A stretch of DNA of 64,000 nucleotides from Pseudomonadota bacterium. GTDB taxonomy: Bacteria > Pseudomonadota > Alphaproteobacteria > Rhizobiales > Xanthobacteraceae. The DNA lies in NCBI GenBank assembly GCA_018971625.1, contig JAGXAJ010000011.1, forward strand, positions 4,336 to 68,335, in the 5' to 3' direction. Within the stretch, counting starts at the first letter, position 1. Each line of letters opens with the position of its first letter. Shown here in pieces: positions 27,681 to 37,138 of this stretch. A model generated the notes under the pieces. That model ran no database searches and had not been told where the DNA came from. It saw only the letters and a program-made list of their open reading frames with translations. Made by a program: the position numbers and the translations under genes.

Positions 27681-28802
27681 TCAGGCAGACCTGTGTCTGA
27701 ATTCATCGATGACGTCGAACAGCGGCTTGCGCTTGAGGTCGGCGTCGAGCGGCAACGGCCGGTTGGGCATTCCATCCTTGCGCTTGAAATAGGTCGGGAC
27801 CCATGTGTAGCGGTCGCTGATGCCCCAGGTCAGGATCGCCTTGGGACGCGTGACTTCGCCGACCGTCTCAAGAAACTGGCGGGCGACATTCGCTACCATC
27901 GCGTCGCGCTCGCTGATCTTGCCCGGCAATTCATAATCGATGACATCAAGTTCAGTGATCAGAAGGTCGAGCTTGAGGGCCGCGATTTCCATCAGCAGTG
28001 ATTGCAACCCGTCGCGATCGATAGCGCGGTCGGCGAACAGATGGGCCTGCAATCCGACGGCATGCAGGGGTACGTCGCGGTCACGCAACGAGCGCAGCAA
28101 CGCAATCAGCGCCTTGCGACGCGCTGCGAAGCGCGGGCCCTTGAATTCGATGTCGTATTCGTTAAGGACCAGCTGCGCGCCCGGATCGGCCAGCGCCGTT
28201 TGCCGCAGCGCGATCGTGAGGTAGTCAGCTCCCAGCCGCCTAGCCCAGATCGAAGGACGGAAAGACGATTCGTTTTCCGGCCATTCCGCCAGCGGTTCGT
28301 TGATCACGTCCCATGACGGGATCTCGCCGCGATATCGGGACACAACCGTATCAATATGATCGGTCAGTTCGCGCTCGGCTTCGACGTGGGTACTTATTTC
28401 CTCGGTCCAGGCCGGCATCGCGCCGTACCAGGCCAGCGTGTGGCCGCGAACCTGCAGCCGGTTCTGACGCGCGAAATCGACGATCATGTCGGATTTCTCG
28501 AATCTGTATTCATTGCGGGTCGGGCGCAGCTCCAGCCATTTCAACTCGCTTTCAGGCACGATCAACTGGCAATTCGAGACAATTGCGTCGCGATAGGACA
28601 GGTCGGACACCAGCGCGTCGGAGCGGGCGGCAGCGCCGTAGGGAATCATCCCGCCACCGTCGACCGGATTTGCGCGCGCTTGATCCAGCGGCGTCGCCAA
28701 TGCGGGCACGCCAGATGGTACGGACGCGCCGGAGATGCCCAGCGCAGCAAGCTTTGCTGCGTCGAGGAGAAAATCCCGGCGTGAATGCGTCTTTTTCGGC
28801 AT
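27681..28802 (-). CDS. glycoside hydrolase family 10 (endo-beta-1,4-xylanase-like), Tat-exported
   Basis: GH10 catalytic motifs WDVINEP (acid/base) and ITELDV (nucleophile), plus GHTLAW and GLQAHL. Twin-arginine signal SRRDFLLDAAKLAALGISGA. Start probably MPKKTHSRRDF (28802). Confidence 0.85.
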   Translation of the reverse strand: MPKKTHSRRDFLLDAAKLAALGISGASVPSGVPALATPLDQARANPVDGGGMIPYGAAARSDALVSDLSYRDAIVSNCQLIVPESELKWLELRPTRNEYRFEKSDMIVDFARQNRLQVRGHTLAWYGAMPAWTEEISTHVEAERELTDHIDTVVSRYRGEIPSWDVINEPLAEWPENESSFRPSIWARRLGADYLTIALRQTALADPGAQLVLNEYDIEFKGPRFAARRKALIALLRSLRDRDVPLHAVGLQAHLFADRAIDRDGLQSLLMEIAALKLDLLITELDVIDYELPGKISERDAMVANVARQFLETVGEVTRPKAILTWGISDRYTWVPTYFKRKDGMPNRPLPLDADLKRKPLFDVIDEFRHRSA

Positions 28803-28998
28803 GCGTGCACGCAGCTCCGCTATGGAATCCAAACGATACACGCCGATCATTGCAATATCCGGTCCAGCTACGCGCTTGCCGGCGTGGAATCCACGCGATG
28901 GTTACCGGGGCAGAAGGTTGCCGTCCGATTAACCAAAACAAGAGCAGGGCTGGCCTGGACCCGGCGATTCGGCATTGATCTTGCTGTCCTGACACGCG

Positions 28999-30318
28999 AT
29001 GAGTGGCGAACCAACCAACACGCTTGAACTGGACATGCCAGTGGTGGTCTCGCGGGCCTCGCGCCTGCGCGAGCAGTTCGAGCGCAATGTCCGCGCCCAG
29101 TTTACCAATTATCTTCAGGTCTTTGCCGGCACCGGCGTGCGGCTCGGCCTGCAGGCGGTTTATTTCTTCATCCTGGCCAACACGCTGTCGCTGCGTGACA
29201 TGGGCGTATTCGCCTCGACCTCTGCAACCGGCATCATGATCGGCTGCTTCTCGGGATTGGGCTTCTCGTCGTTTGCCTTCAGGGCCGCTGCCGGCAAGCG
29301 CCGTGCGCTCGGGGGCCACCTCGCGGTATTTTACGTGAGTTGGCTGATCTCGCTGCCGCTCTGCCTCGCCGCGTCACTGCCGGTGTTTTACCTTTTGTTT
29401 ACCACCTCGCTGTCACTGACCGCCTTCCTGCTGATTATAGTCGTCGAAGCCGGAACCTGGCGGATCGTGGAAATGATCCACCAGGTCAACAACGGCCTTG
29501 GCCGCTATGCCTCCGCCTCGCTCGTCATCAGCCTCGGTACGGCATTGCGCACCGCGGGTGCCGTCGCCTTCATGGCGTCCGGCAAGCATGACGTCGAGAC
29601 CTGGTCGGCCGTTTATGTGATCTTCAATCTCGCGGCCATGGTGCTGGCCGTCGCGGTCTACCAACCGCGCATCAAGCTGCGCTGGCGCCCGTCGCTGTTT
29701 TTCGGCCGGATGCGCGACGCCCTGATGTTCGCGATCGCCTATTGCGCCTTTATCTCGCAGAACGAGATCGACAAGGTAGTGATGCTGTCGCTGGCGGATC
29801 AGTCAACCGTTGGCATTTACGCGATCGCTTCGCGGATCATCGATTTCACGTCGGTACCGATCCGTACCTTCTATGTCCTGTATTCGCGCAAGCTGATCCT
29901 CGAAGGCCGCGTGCACGACAAAATCGGCCGCAGCCTAGGTGTCGAGATCATGATTGCGCTGATCTCGACAATTGCCTTTGCGGGCCTGCTGGTCGTGCTG
30001 TCGATCTGGCCGACGCTTCTGGGCCACAACGTCGCATCGGCCACACCACTACTGGCCGTCCTGCTGGCGGTACCGGCGTTCAAGAACCTGCTGGAGTATC
30101 ACTCCGAGCTGTTCTTCGCCTACCAGAGGATGACGATGCGCGCCGTGCTGGCGACGTCACAGGTCGCCTTGAAAGCGGGAGCGCTGGCGCTGCTGCTGAT
30201 TTATCTCGACGGCATCGCGCGATGGGGCGCCTGGCTCAACACCATCTATATCGGCCTGTACGCGATCTCGGCCGCAATCGTCTACCGCTACGTATTCGGG
30301 AATGAAAAAAATGAGTAA
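28999..30318 (+). CDS. polysaccharide flippase (Wzx/MOP-superfamily)
   Basis: 439 aa with about 12 hydrophobic segments and an N-terminal layout (RNVRAQFTNYLQVFAGTGVRLGLQAVYFFILAN) typical of polysaccharide biosynthesis/export proteins. Confidence 0.75.
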   Translation: MSGEPTNTLELDMPVVVSRASRLREQFERNVRAQFTNYLQVFAGTGVRLGLQAVYFFILANTLSLRDMGVFASTSATGIMIGCFSGLGFSSFAFRAAAGKRRALGGHLAVFYVSWLISLPLCLAASLPVFYLLFTTSLSLTAFLLIIVVEAGTWRIVEMIHQVNNGLGRYASASLVISLGTALRTAGAVAFMASGKHDVETWSAVYVIFNLAAMVLAVAVYQPRIKLRWRPSLFFGRMRDALMFAIAYCAFISQNEIDKVVMLSLADQSTVGIYAIASRIIDFTSVPIRTFYVLYSRKLILEGRVHDKIGRSLGVEIMIALISTIAFAGLLVVLSIWPTLLGHNVASATPLLAVLLAVPAFKNLLEYHSELFFAYQRMTMRAVLATSQVALKAGALALLLIYLDGIARWGAWLNTIYIGLYAISAAIVYRYVFGNEKNE

Positions 30319-31132
30319 AATCGCGGCCACCGACTTCGGCTATGCGCCCTCCCGCCACGCCACGCCCGACCCGCGCGCGTCGGCCAACGCGCAGGCATAT
30401 CCACAATCGCTGCTTGACCTGCCTCCTGGGGAAGCACGCAAGAGCCTGCTTGCGGTTCACGAAATCCTGTCTGCAAAGCTTCCCGCGAACAAGCTCTCGA
30501 TCTACGAAGCCGGCGGCGGCTCGACCAGCTTCCTGCCGGTCAATATCTTGAAGCGCGCCCACGTCACGGTAGTCGATATCGATGCCGACCAGATCCGCAA
30601 CAACGACTACGCGCAAACGAAGATCCTCGGCGACATCCAGACTTACCGGTTCCAGCCCGGCAGCTTCGATCTCGTCATTTGCTACAACGTCGTCGAGCAT
30701 CTTGCCGACGTTGAGGCCGCGCTGCTTCGCTTTTGCGAATGTCTCAAGAAAAACGGACTGATTCTGATCGGCGCGCCGAATCCAAATTCGCTGTCCGGCA
30801 TCGTTACCAAATACACGCCGCACTGGTTCCACGTCTGGTTCTATCGACAGGTTCGCGGCGACATGGACGCCGGCAAGCCTGGCGAGGCTCCGTTTCCGAC
30901 ATTCTTCCATCCGCTGGTTTCGCCCTCGAATCTAGCTGCATTCGCGAAAGCGCATGGTCTCGAAGTGATCTACCGCAGGGAATACGAAAGCCCCCGTTTT
31001 CCGGAAATGCGAGCACGCAAGCCGGTGCTTGCGGCCCTCGTCGACGCTGCCGCCAGCGTAGTGAACTTCCTGCTGTTGGGAAGGACAGACGTGCGGCAAG
31101 GCGACTATCACGCCATCCTGAGGAAGCGCTGA
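30302..31132 (+). CDS. class I SAM-dependent methyltransferase
   Basis: Motif I IYEAGGGSTS, post-I VVDID and motif II/III DLVICYNVVEHL. Overlaps the flippase stop. Confidence 0.8.
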   Translation: MKKMSKIAATDFGYAPSRHATPDPRASANAQAYPQSLLDLPPGEARKSLLAVHEILSAKLPANKLSIYEAGGGSTSFLPVNILKRAHVTVVDIDADQIRNNDYAQTKILGDIQTYRFQPGSFDLVICYNVVEHLADVEAALLRFCECLKKNGLILIGAPNPNSLSGIVTKYTPHWFHVWFYRQVRGDMDAGKPGEAPFPTFFHPLVSPSNLAAFAKAHGLEVIYRREYESPRFPEMRARKPVLAALVDAAASVVNFLLLGRTDVRQGDYHAILRKR

Positions 31133-31540
31133 ATCGTGCAAACGATGTGGTCCGAAGCCAAAACGAATACCGGCCGGCCGGCCGCGCCTTTGCGCGTCGG
31201 TTTGCCATCGCCAGCCGCCGCGATACGGCTGGTCGGGCTCGTCTTTCTCCCTAGGCCAATTGATAATGAAAGATTAACTTCGGATTCCCGGAAACCCCCG
31301 GTGGGCGAGCTTCATGCGACTGCGCGGCCGCATCGATGGGCTACCTTGAAGCGGTGCGCGGCGTGAAAAAATCCGGTGCGCTGCCTGGTGAGAGCGTAGC
31401 CTGCGGTGCTTTAAACGCTTTTTTTGCCATTTCGGCGAATAGTTCCTCGATGAGTATGGTTAATTTTTCCTGTTGCGTTTTTTCGGCGCCGAAACCGTGC
31501 GCGTCTGGCGCGACCCGAAGAGTAGCCCCTCAGCCGACGC

Positions 31541-33841
31541 GTGCGGCGGTTCGAACGGAAGCTGGGGCCCATGCTCGTTTATGACCAACCCATAGGCCAG
31601 GCAAAAGCCGGCGTTACGCAGGTGACGCAGCGGACGCCTGCCGGCTTTAGCATACTGGAGCTAAGCCGCGTGCTGTGGCAGCGAAAGGCAGCGATCGCCG
31701 CCGCCGGGTTGATCTGCGCCTGTGCTGCGGTCGCGGTCGGTAAAAGCCTGACGCCGAAATTCTCGGCATCCGCCGAGCTCTATGTCGACCCCCGCGAACT
31801 GCAACTTGTCGACCGCGAATTGACGCCGCGCGCCCAGGATCTTTCGGGACTCGCGATGGTGGTCGAAAGCCAGGCCCGTCTGATTACCTCAAACAACGTA
31901 TTACTGGAGGTGATCCAGAGCACCGGAATCGACAAGGATCCGGAGTTCGGCGGCGTCTCCAGGGGAATTCTGGCGACCATGCTTCGCCTGATCGGAATCC
32001 ATCCTCGCACTGCCGATGATACCAAGCTCGGACAGATGGCGGCGCTGGATGCCCTGAACCGCCACGTCACCGTCAAAAAGACGGATCGCAGCTTCATCGT
32101 CGACGTCGACGTCTGGTCGTGTGATCCGGCGAAGGCCGCGATGCTCGCCAATGCCCTCGCCCACGCTTACCTGACGGAATCGAGAAATTCGCAGGCTACC
32201 GCCGCGCGGCGCGCCACCAAAGATCTGTCGGGTCGGCTCATGGAGTTGAAGGAACGGCTCCGCAACGCGGAGAACGCGCTGGCGATCTACAAGGCGCAGA
32301 ACAACTTCGTCGGCACCCAGGACACGCTGATCAGCGATCAGCAGCTTTCGGCCAGCAACCAGCGACTCGCGGCGGCACGGGCCGCAAAGCTCGATGCCCA
32401 GGCCAAATACGACCAGATCGAATCGAGCCGCCGTGCCGCAACCGATAGCGGCGCAATTCCCGAGGCGCTGCAGTCTCCCACCATCGCCAATTTGCGTGCC
32501 CAATATGCCGAAGCACGCAAGCGCTACGCAGAGCTGGCCAGCGAGCTGGGCCCGCTGCATCCTTCGCTCCGTCAGATGGAGAAGCAGGTCGAGGATCTGC
32601 GCCGCACCATCAATGAGGAAGTCGATCGCTTCGCCACGGCGGCGAAGAACGACCTGACCCGTGCCCGCGACTACGAGGCTTCGCTGAACAAGGCGCTCGA
32701 CGCGCAAAAGCGCCAGAGCGTGGAGATGAGCCAGGCCGCGGTACGGCTTCGCGAACTCGAACGCGACGTCGACGCCAGCCGTGACGTTTATCAAGCCTTC
32801 CTCAAGCGCTCGCGCGAAACCGAGGAGCAGGAAAGCCTCAACACTTCGAGCGCGCGCATCATCGGTGAGGCTACTGTGCCGCAGCACCGCGCCTTTCCGC
32901 CGGGCATGAGCGTGATCGCGATGATCGGCTTCATACTCGGCACGCTCGCCGCAGCGGCCTGGGCCGTCATCACTGACCGGCTGCCTCGCGATACCGCGGA
33001 AGCACAGCGGATCAGGCCCGATATAAAGCCACCGGCCCCGCCGCCGAAGCAGGGGCCGACCGCGCAGCCGCAAGGGCTAGTCGCCATCATCGACAAGCCG
33101 CCGATCGCGCGACTGCAGGAATCCGACGTGATACGAACGCTCGGCGGTATCCTGACCCATAGCGCAATCCCCGACGTGACGCGGATCGGATGGCCGACGC
33201 TGCGCATGGGCGCTTCGCCAACAACGTTCCTCAGTGCCATACGCGAGATGCGTGCAGCGCTGGCGAAGCGGTCGCCGAGGGATCCGATTCCGGTGATGGC
33301 GGTGATCGGCGCAGGCGCCGCTCAAGACCGTGGCATTGCCGCGCTGAATATCGCGCTCGCGGCCGCTCGCGACGGCATGAAGGTGCTGATGGTCGACGCG
33401 GACCACGCCGCACACGAACTCTCCAACAAGGTGAACCGTCCGGCCAAGACCAAGGCGAGCCGCCTCGGCTGGCTCAATATCGGCAGCACGGCTTCCCGCG
33501 CGATCGAGACCACCAACGGAATTTCGGTCCTGCCGGCGATCGCGGGATCCGACGTCAAGTCAAGCGAGGCGATCCGCAAGGCGATCGCGCAGGCGCGCTC
33601 CGCCGGAGGCTATGACCTTGTGGTGCTCGACGGCCCGGTGATGCCCTGGAGTTCCGCTGACCGCAAGCTGCTCGACGAGGCGCGCGGTCTCGTCGCGGTG
33701 CTGCCGGCGAGCCTCGACATCAACAATAGCATGGAAACCATCATTGCGGCCCTCGGCGGTGCGGAGCACAGACTGGTCGGCGTGATCCTCAACGAACTTC
33801 AACCGGCCGCCGCAAGGCAGCAAGACAAACAATATGCTTGA
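31541..33841 (+). CDS. ExoP/GumC-type polysaccharide co-polymerase (PCP-2a-like) with degenerate kinase-like C-terminal domain
   Basis: Wzz-type N-terminal TM, a long coiled-coil periplasmic region, a second TM, then a P-loop-NTPase-like domain in which Walker A reads IGAGAAQDRG (no GK[ST]). A'-like VLMVDAD and B-like DLVVLDG are kept. No C-terminal Tyr cluster. ATG 31571 is an alternative start. Confidence 0.8.
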   Translation: MRRFERKLGPMLVYDQPIGQAKAGVTQVTQRTPAGFSILELSRVLWQRKAAIAAAGLICACAAVAVGKSLTPKFSASAELYVDPRELQLVDRELTPRAQDLSGLAMVVESQARLITSNNVLLEVIQSTGIDKDPEFGGVSRGILATMLRLIGIHPRTADDTKLGQMAALDALNRHVTVKKTDRSFIVDVDVWSCDPAKAAMLANALAHAYLTESRNSQATAARRATKDLSGRLMELKERLRNAENALAIYKAQNNFVGTQDTLISDQQLSASNQRLAAARAAKLDAQAKYDQIESSRRAATDSGAIPEALQSPTIANLRAQYAEARKRYAELASELGPLHPSLRQMEKQVEDLRRTINEEVDRFATAAKNDLTRARDYEASLNKALDAQKRQSVEMSQAAVRLRELERDVDASRDVYQAFLKRSRETEEQESLNTSSARIIGEATVPQHRAFPPGMSVIAMIGFILGTLAAAAWAVITDRLPRDTAEAQRIRPDIKPPAPPPKQGPTAQPQGLVAIIDKPPIARLQESDVIRTLGGILTHSAIPDVTRIGWPTLRMGASPTTFLSAIREMRAALAKRSPRDPIPVMAVIGAGAAQDRGIAALNIALAAARDGMKVLMVDADHAAHELSNKVNRPAKTKASRLGWLNIGSTASRAIETTNGISVLPAIAGSDVKSSEAIRKAIAQARSAGGYDLVVLDGPVMPWSSADRKLLDEARGLVAVLPASLDINNSMETIIAALGGAEHRLVGVILNELQPAAARQQDKQYA

Positions 33842-34658
33842 GCGACGCGCAAATCCCGTGGGGAGAGCCGCCACTTCTGGCGTGCTGCGAATTTCACTGG
33901 GCGGCTTGCGGCTTGCCGTGCTCGATATCGAGCAGACCGCGAATTTCATGATCGACATGCTTGTCCCCGTGCGCCGGCTCAGCCGACCGCTGTATTTGAC
34001 CTCGGCCAATGGCGAGGTGCTGGCGCGCTGCTCGACCGAACCGAGAACGGAGCGGTTGTTCCGCGCTGCGGACCTCATTAACGCCGACGGCCAGCCGCTG
34101 GTGACGGTGTCGCGATTCAAGTCATCGACTCCGCTGCCGGAGCGCGTTGCGACCACCGACCTGTTTGAAGTCGTTGCGCGCAAGGCTGCTGCGTCCGGTC
34201 TGAGCTTTTACATGTTCGGCGCCGATGAAGCGGAAAATGCCGCCGCGGTCGCCAGAGTCCAGAGCATGTTCCCCAATCTGCGGATCGTCGGGCGATCCCA
34301 CGGTTATCTGAGGGGCGAGGAACTGCGCAACAAGATCGACGAGATCAACGCACTCGCGCCCGACTATCTGTGGGTCGCGCTCGGCGTGCCCTATGAACAG
34401 GCTTTTGTCGAGGAGTTCGCTGCGCACCTGTCGAATGTCGGCGTCATCAAGACCTCGGGCGGGCTGTTCAACTTCCTCTCCGGCAGCCGCTCTCGTGCGC
34501 CGAAATGGATGCAGAAGGTTTGTCTCGAATGGGCCTGGCGAATCTGGCTGGAGCCGCGCCGGCTGTTCTGGCGCTATTTGACCACCAATCCGCGCGCACT
34601 TTATCTGTTGTTCAACAAGAGCAGGCCTTCAATTACCGATCGGATGCCACGCAGCTAG
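33834..34658 (+). CDS. WecB/TagA/CpsF family glycosyltransferase (GT26)
   Basis: FYMFGADEAENAAAV...LWVALGVPYEQAFVEE...GGLFNFLSG pattern typical of GT26. Overlaps the upstream stop by 8 nt. Confidence 0.8.
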   Translation: MLERRANPVGRAATSGVLRISLGGLRLAVLDIEQTANFMIDMLVPVRRLSRPLYLTSANGEVLARCSTEPRTERLFRAADLINADGQPLVTVSRFKSSTPLPERVATTDLFEVVARKAAASGLSFYMFGADEAENAAAVARVQSMFPNLRIVGRSHGYLRGEELRNKIDEINALAPDYLWVALGVPYEQAFVEEFAAHLSNVGVIKTSGGLFNFLSGSRSRAPKWMQKVCLEWAWRIWLEPRRLFWRYLTTNPRALYLLFNKSRPSITDRMPRS

Positions 34659-34832
34659 CCGGCTCGCAGGATGACCCGACCTATCTGGTTGCAGATCCGA
34701 GTTCGGCGCGCGAGACCCAGCGATTCACGCCGCCACATTCGGATCTTGCGACCATTATCGGCACCACCTGGGCCTGGCATCGCAAAGCCCATCCGTTGAA
34801 GACGGCGTAGGCCTATCCAAACCGCCTGACCG

Positions 34833-35744
34833 TCAGGAATAGGGATTGATCAGTTTCTGCTGTTGGGCGCTGTGCTGCACCAGATCGATAAAGATCCGGA
34901 CCTTTGCCGACAGATGGTGGCGGTGGGGATAGACCGCGTTCATCGCGAATTCCACCGGCCGGTATTCCGGCAACAGTCGAACCAGCCGGCCGGCTTCGAG
35001 ATCATCATGCACCAGGAAGCCCGCCGCGAGCGAAATGCCCGCGCCCCGCAACGCGGCTACCCGCAGCGTCTCGCCGCTGTTGGTGATGAGATTGCCGGCT
35101 ATCCGCACCGCGGCCGGCGCGCCTTTGCGATCCGTGAAATGCCACTCGTCCTGATAGGGATAGAGTACGTGGCGTAGACAATTGTGCTGCGTCAGATCCG
35201 ACAATTGCCGAGGCCTCGGATGCGCTTCGAGATAGTCGTGCGAGCAGCACAGCACGTGACGCCAAGTCGCAAGGCTGCGGACGATCAGGCTAGAGTCCGG
35301 CAACGGAGTGAGGCGCAAAGCCACATCGTAAGCTTCGTCGATCATGTCGACCGCGCGTTCTCCCATGGTCAGATCGACCTTGACCTCGGGATAGCCGGCA
35401 AGGAACTCGGCAACCACCGGCGCGACAAACGGCACGATGTGGGTGGCCGTATAGATGCGCAACGTGCCGCGCGGCACCGACTGCGAAGCACCGGCGATTT
35501 CGTCGGCCTGTTCGAGATCTGCGAGAATTTGCGTGCAGCGATTATAATAGGTTTTGCCGACTTCGGTGAGGCTGACCTTGCGCGTGGTCCGATGGAGCAG
35601 CCGTGCGCCGAGCCTGTCTTCGAGTGACTGGATGTGATTGCTCACCATCGTGGTCGACATGTTGAGCTTGCGGCCCGCGGCCGAAAACCCGCCGGAATCT
35701 ACCACCCGGACGAACGCAGTCAGACTGGTCAACCGATCCACCAC
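34833..35744 (-). CDS. LysR family transcriptional regulator
   Basis: HTH FVRVVDSGGFSAAGRKLNMSTTMVSNHIQSLEDRLGARLLHRTTRKVSLTEVG. Divergent from emrAB-like genes. Confidence 0.9.
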   Translation of the reverse strand: MVDRLTSLTAFVRVVDSGGFSAAGRKLNMSTTMVSNHIQSLEDRLGARLLHRTTRKVSLTEVGKTYYNRCTQILADLEQADEIAGASQSVPRGTLRIYTATHIVPFVAPVVAEFLAGYPEVKVDLTMGERAVDMIDEAYDVALRLTPLPDSSLIVRSLATWRHVLCCSHDYLEAHPRPRQLSDLTQHNCLRHVLYPYQDEWHFTDRKGAPAAVRIAGNLITNSGETLRVAALRGAGISLAAGFLVHDDLEAGRLVRLLPEYRPVEFAMNAVYPHRHHLSAKVRIFIDLVQHSAQQQKLINPYS

Positions 35745-35752
35745 CGCCTCCC

Positions 35753-35775
35753 ATTATCCGTTCGTGCTGGATAAT
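35753..35775. promoter_or_regulatory. candidate LysR box ATTATCC-n9-GGATAAT
   Basis: Perfect 7-bp inverted repeat of T-n11-A type, 9 nt from the LysR start codon, in the divergent intergenic region. Confidence 0.55.
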
Positions 35776-35865
35776 CTTTCCATTTTTTCCCTGATTATCA
35801 CATTGAAAGCGATATTGCATGGTGGGCGGCATCGCGGTGCCCAGATCGGGACACAGGAGGATGTC

Positions 35866-37035
35866 ATGGCGGAGCTTTCCTATATCGCTGATTTGCATAC
35901 GAAAACTGGCCTTCGTCCGTCCCGCCAGACGATCAAGCGGGCGGCTTTGGCGCTCGCCGTGGCGCTCGGAATCGGCGCTGCCAGCGACTTCGGCTACGAC
36001 TACCTGACCACCGGACGCTATCTCGAAACGACCGACGACGCTTACGTCAAAGCCGATTCCACGATCATCTCGCCCAAAGTCTCCGGCTATCTCGCCGAGG
36101 TGCTGGTCACCGACAACCAGCCGGTCAAGGCCGGCCAGTTGCTGGCCCGGATCGATGATCGCGATTTCCGCACCACGCTCGAGCAAGCTCGTGCCGACGT
36201 GGCCGGATCGCAAGCCGCGGTACGCAACCTCGATGCGCAGATCGCGCTGCAACAGCCGCTGATCGAGCAAGGCACCGCCGACGTCGCCGCCGCCGAAGCC
36301 AATCTGCAGTTCGCGCAGGAGGAGCAGGCCCGCTACGAAGGCTTGATGAAGTCGGGCTCCGGTACGGTGCAACGTGCCCAGCAGAGTGATGCGGCGTTGC
36401 GCGAAAAGACCGCGCTGTTGCAGCACGGCAAGTCCGGTTTATTGGCCGCGCAGAAGAAAGTCGACGTTCTCACCACTGAACGGGCCAAGGCGATGGCGGA
36501 GCTGGATCACGCCCGCGCGGTCGAACAGCAGGCGGCGTTGAACCTGTCCTATACGCGGATCACCGCGCCGGTTGACGGCACCGTGGGCGCCCGCACATTG
36601 CGGGTCGGGCAATTCGTGCAGGCCGGCACACAACTGATGGCAGTAGTTCCGCTTGACGCGGTCTATGTGATCGCAAACTTCAAGGAAACCCAGCTTACTT
36701 ACGTGCGCAATGGCCAGCCCGTGGAAGTGCGGATCGACAGTTTCCATGGCACCACGCTCAAGGGACATGTCGACAGCCTCTCGCCGGCCAGCGGCCTCGA
36801 ATTCGCGCTGCTGCCGCCGGATAACGCGACCGGCAATTTCACCAAGATCGTGCAGCGCGTGCCCGTGAAGATCGTGCTCGACGACCACAGCCTGACTGGC
36901 CTGCTGCGCCCTGGCATGTCGGCCGAGCCGACTGTCGACACGAAGGTGACGGCGGTTGCCGAGCGCGACGAGCCGCGCCGAGTCGCATCTCGCCTCGGCA
37001 CAGCCGAGCGGCAGCTAAGTGCTTCCATCCAATAA
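35866..37035 (+). CDS. emrA: HlyD-family efflux periplasmic adaptor (EmrA-like)
   Basis: In-frame ATG 35866 (AGGAGGATGTC upstream). Single TM, then YVKADSTIISPKVSGYLAEVLVTDNQPVKAGQLLARID (lipoyl-like hairpin) and a coiled coil. Confidence 0.85.
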   Translation: MAELSYIADLHTKTGLRPSRQTIKRAALALAVALGIGAASDFGYDYLTTGRYLETTDDAYVKADSTIISPKVSGYLAEVLVTDNQPVKAGQLLARIDDRDFRTTLEQARADVAGSQAAVRNLDAQIALQQPLIEQGTADVAAAEANLQFAQEEQARYEGLMKSGSGTVQRAQQSDAALREKTALLQHGKSGLLAAQKKVDVLTTERAKAMAELDHARAVEQQAALNLSYTRITAPVDGTVGARTLRVGQFVQAGTQLMAVVPLDAVYVIANFKETQLTYVRNGQPVEVRIDSFHGTTLKGHVDSLSPASGLEFALLPPDNATGNFTKIVQRVPVKIVLDDHSLTGLLRPGMSAEPTVDTKVTAVAERDEPRRVASRLGTAERQLSASIQ

Positions 37036-37138
37036 GAGGGCATCATCAAGTCCGGATGGACAATCCTTCCACCTCTAAACGGATTATCGAACCGCATCGC
37101 CCAATGCATTCTGCCTCTGTCAACGAGAGGATACTTTC

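Noticed and set aside
31901-33073. 390-aa minus-strand ORF
   Set aside because: It is antisense to the ExoP/GumC-like gene and gives a low-complexity product.
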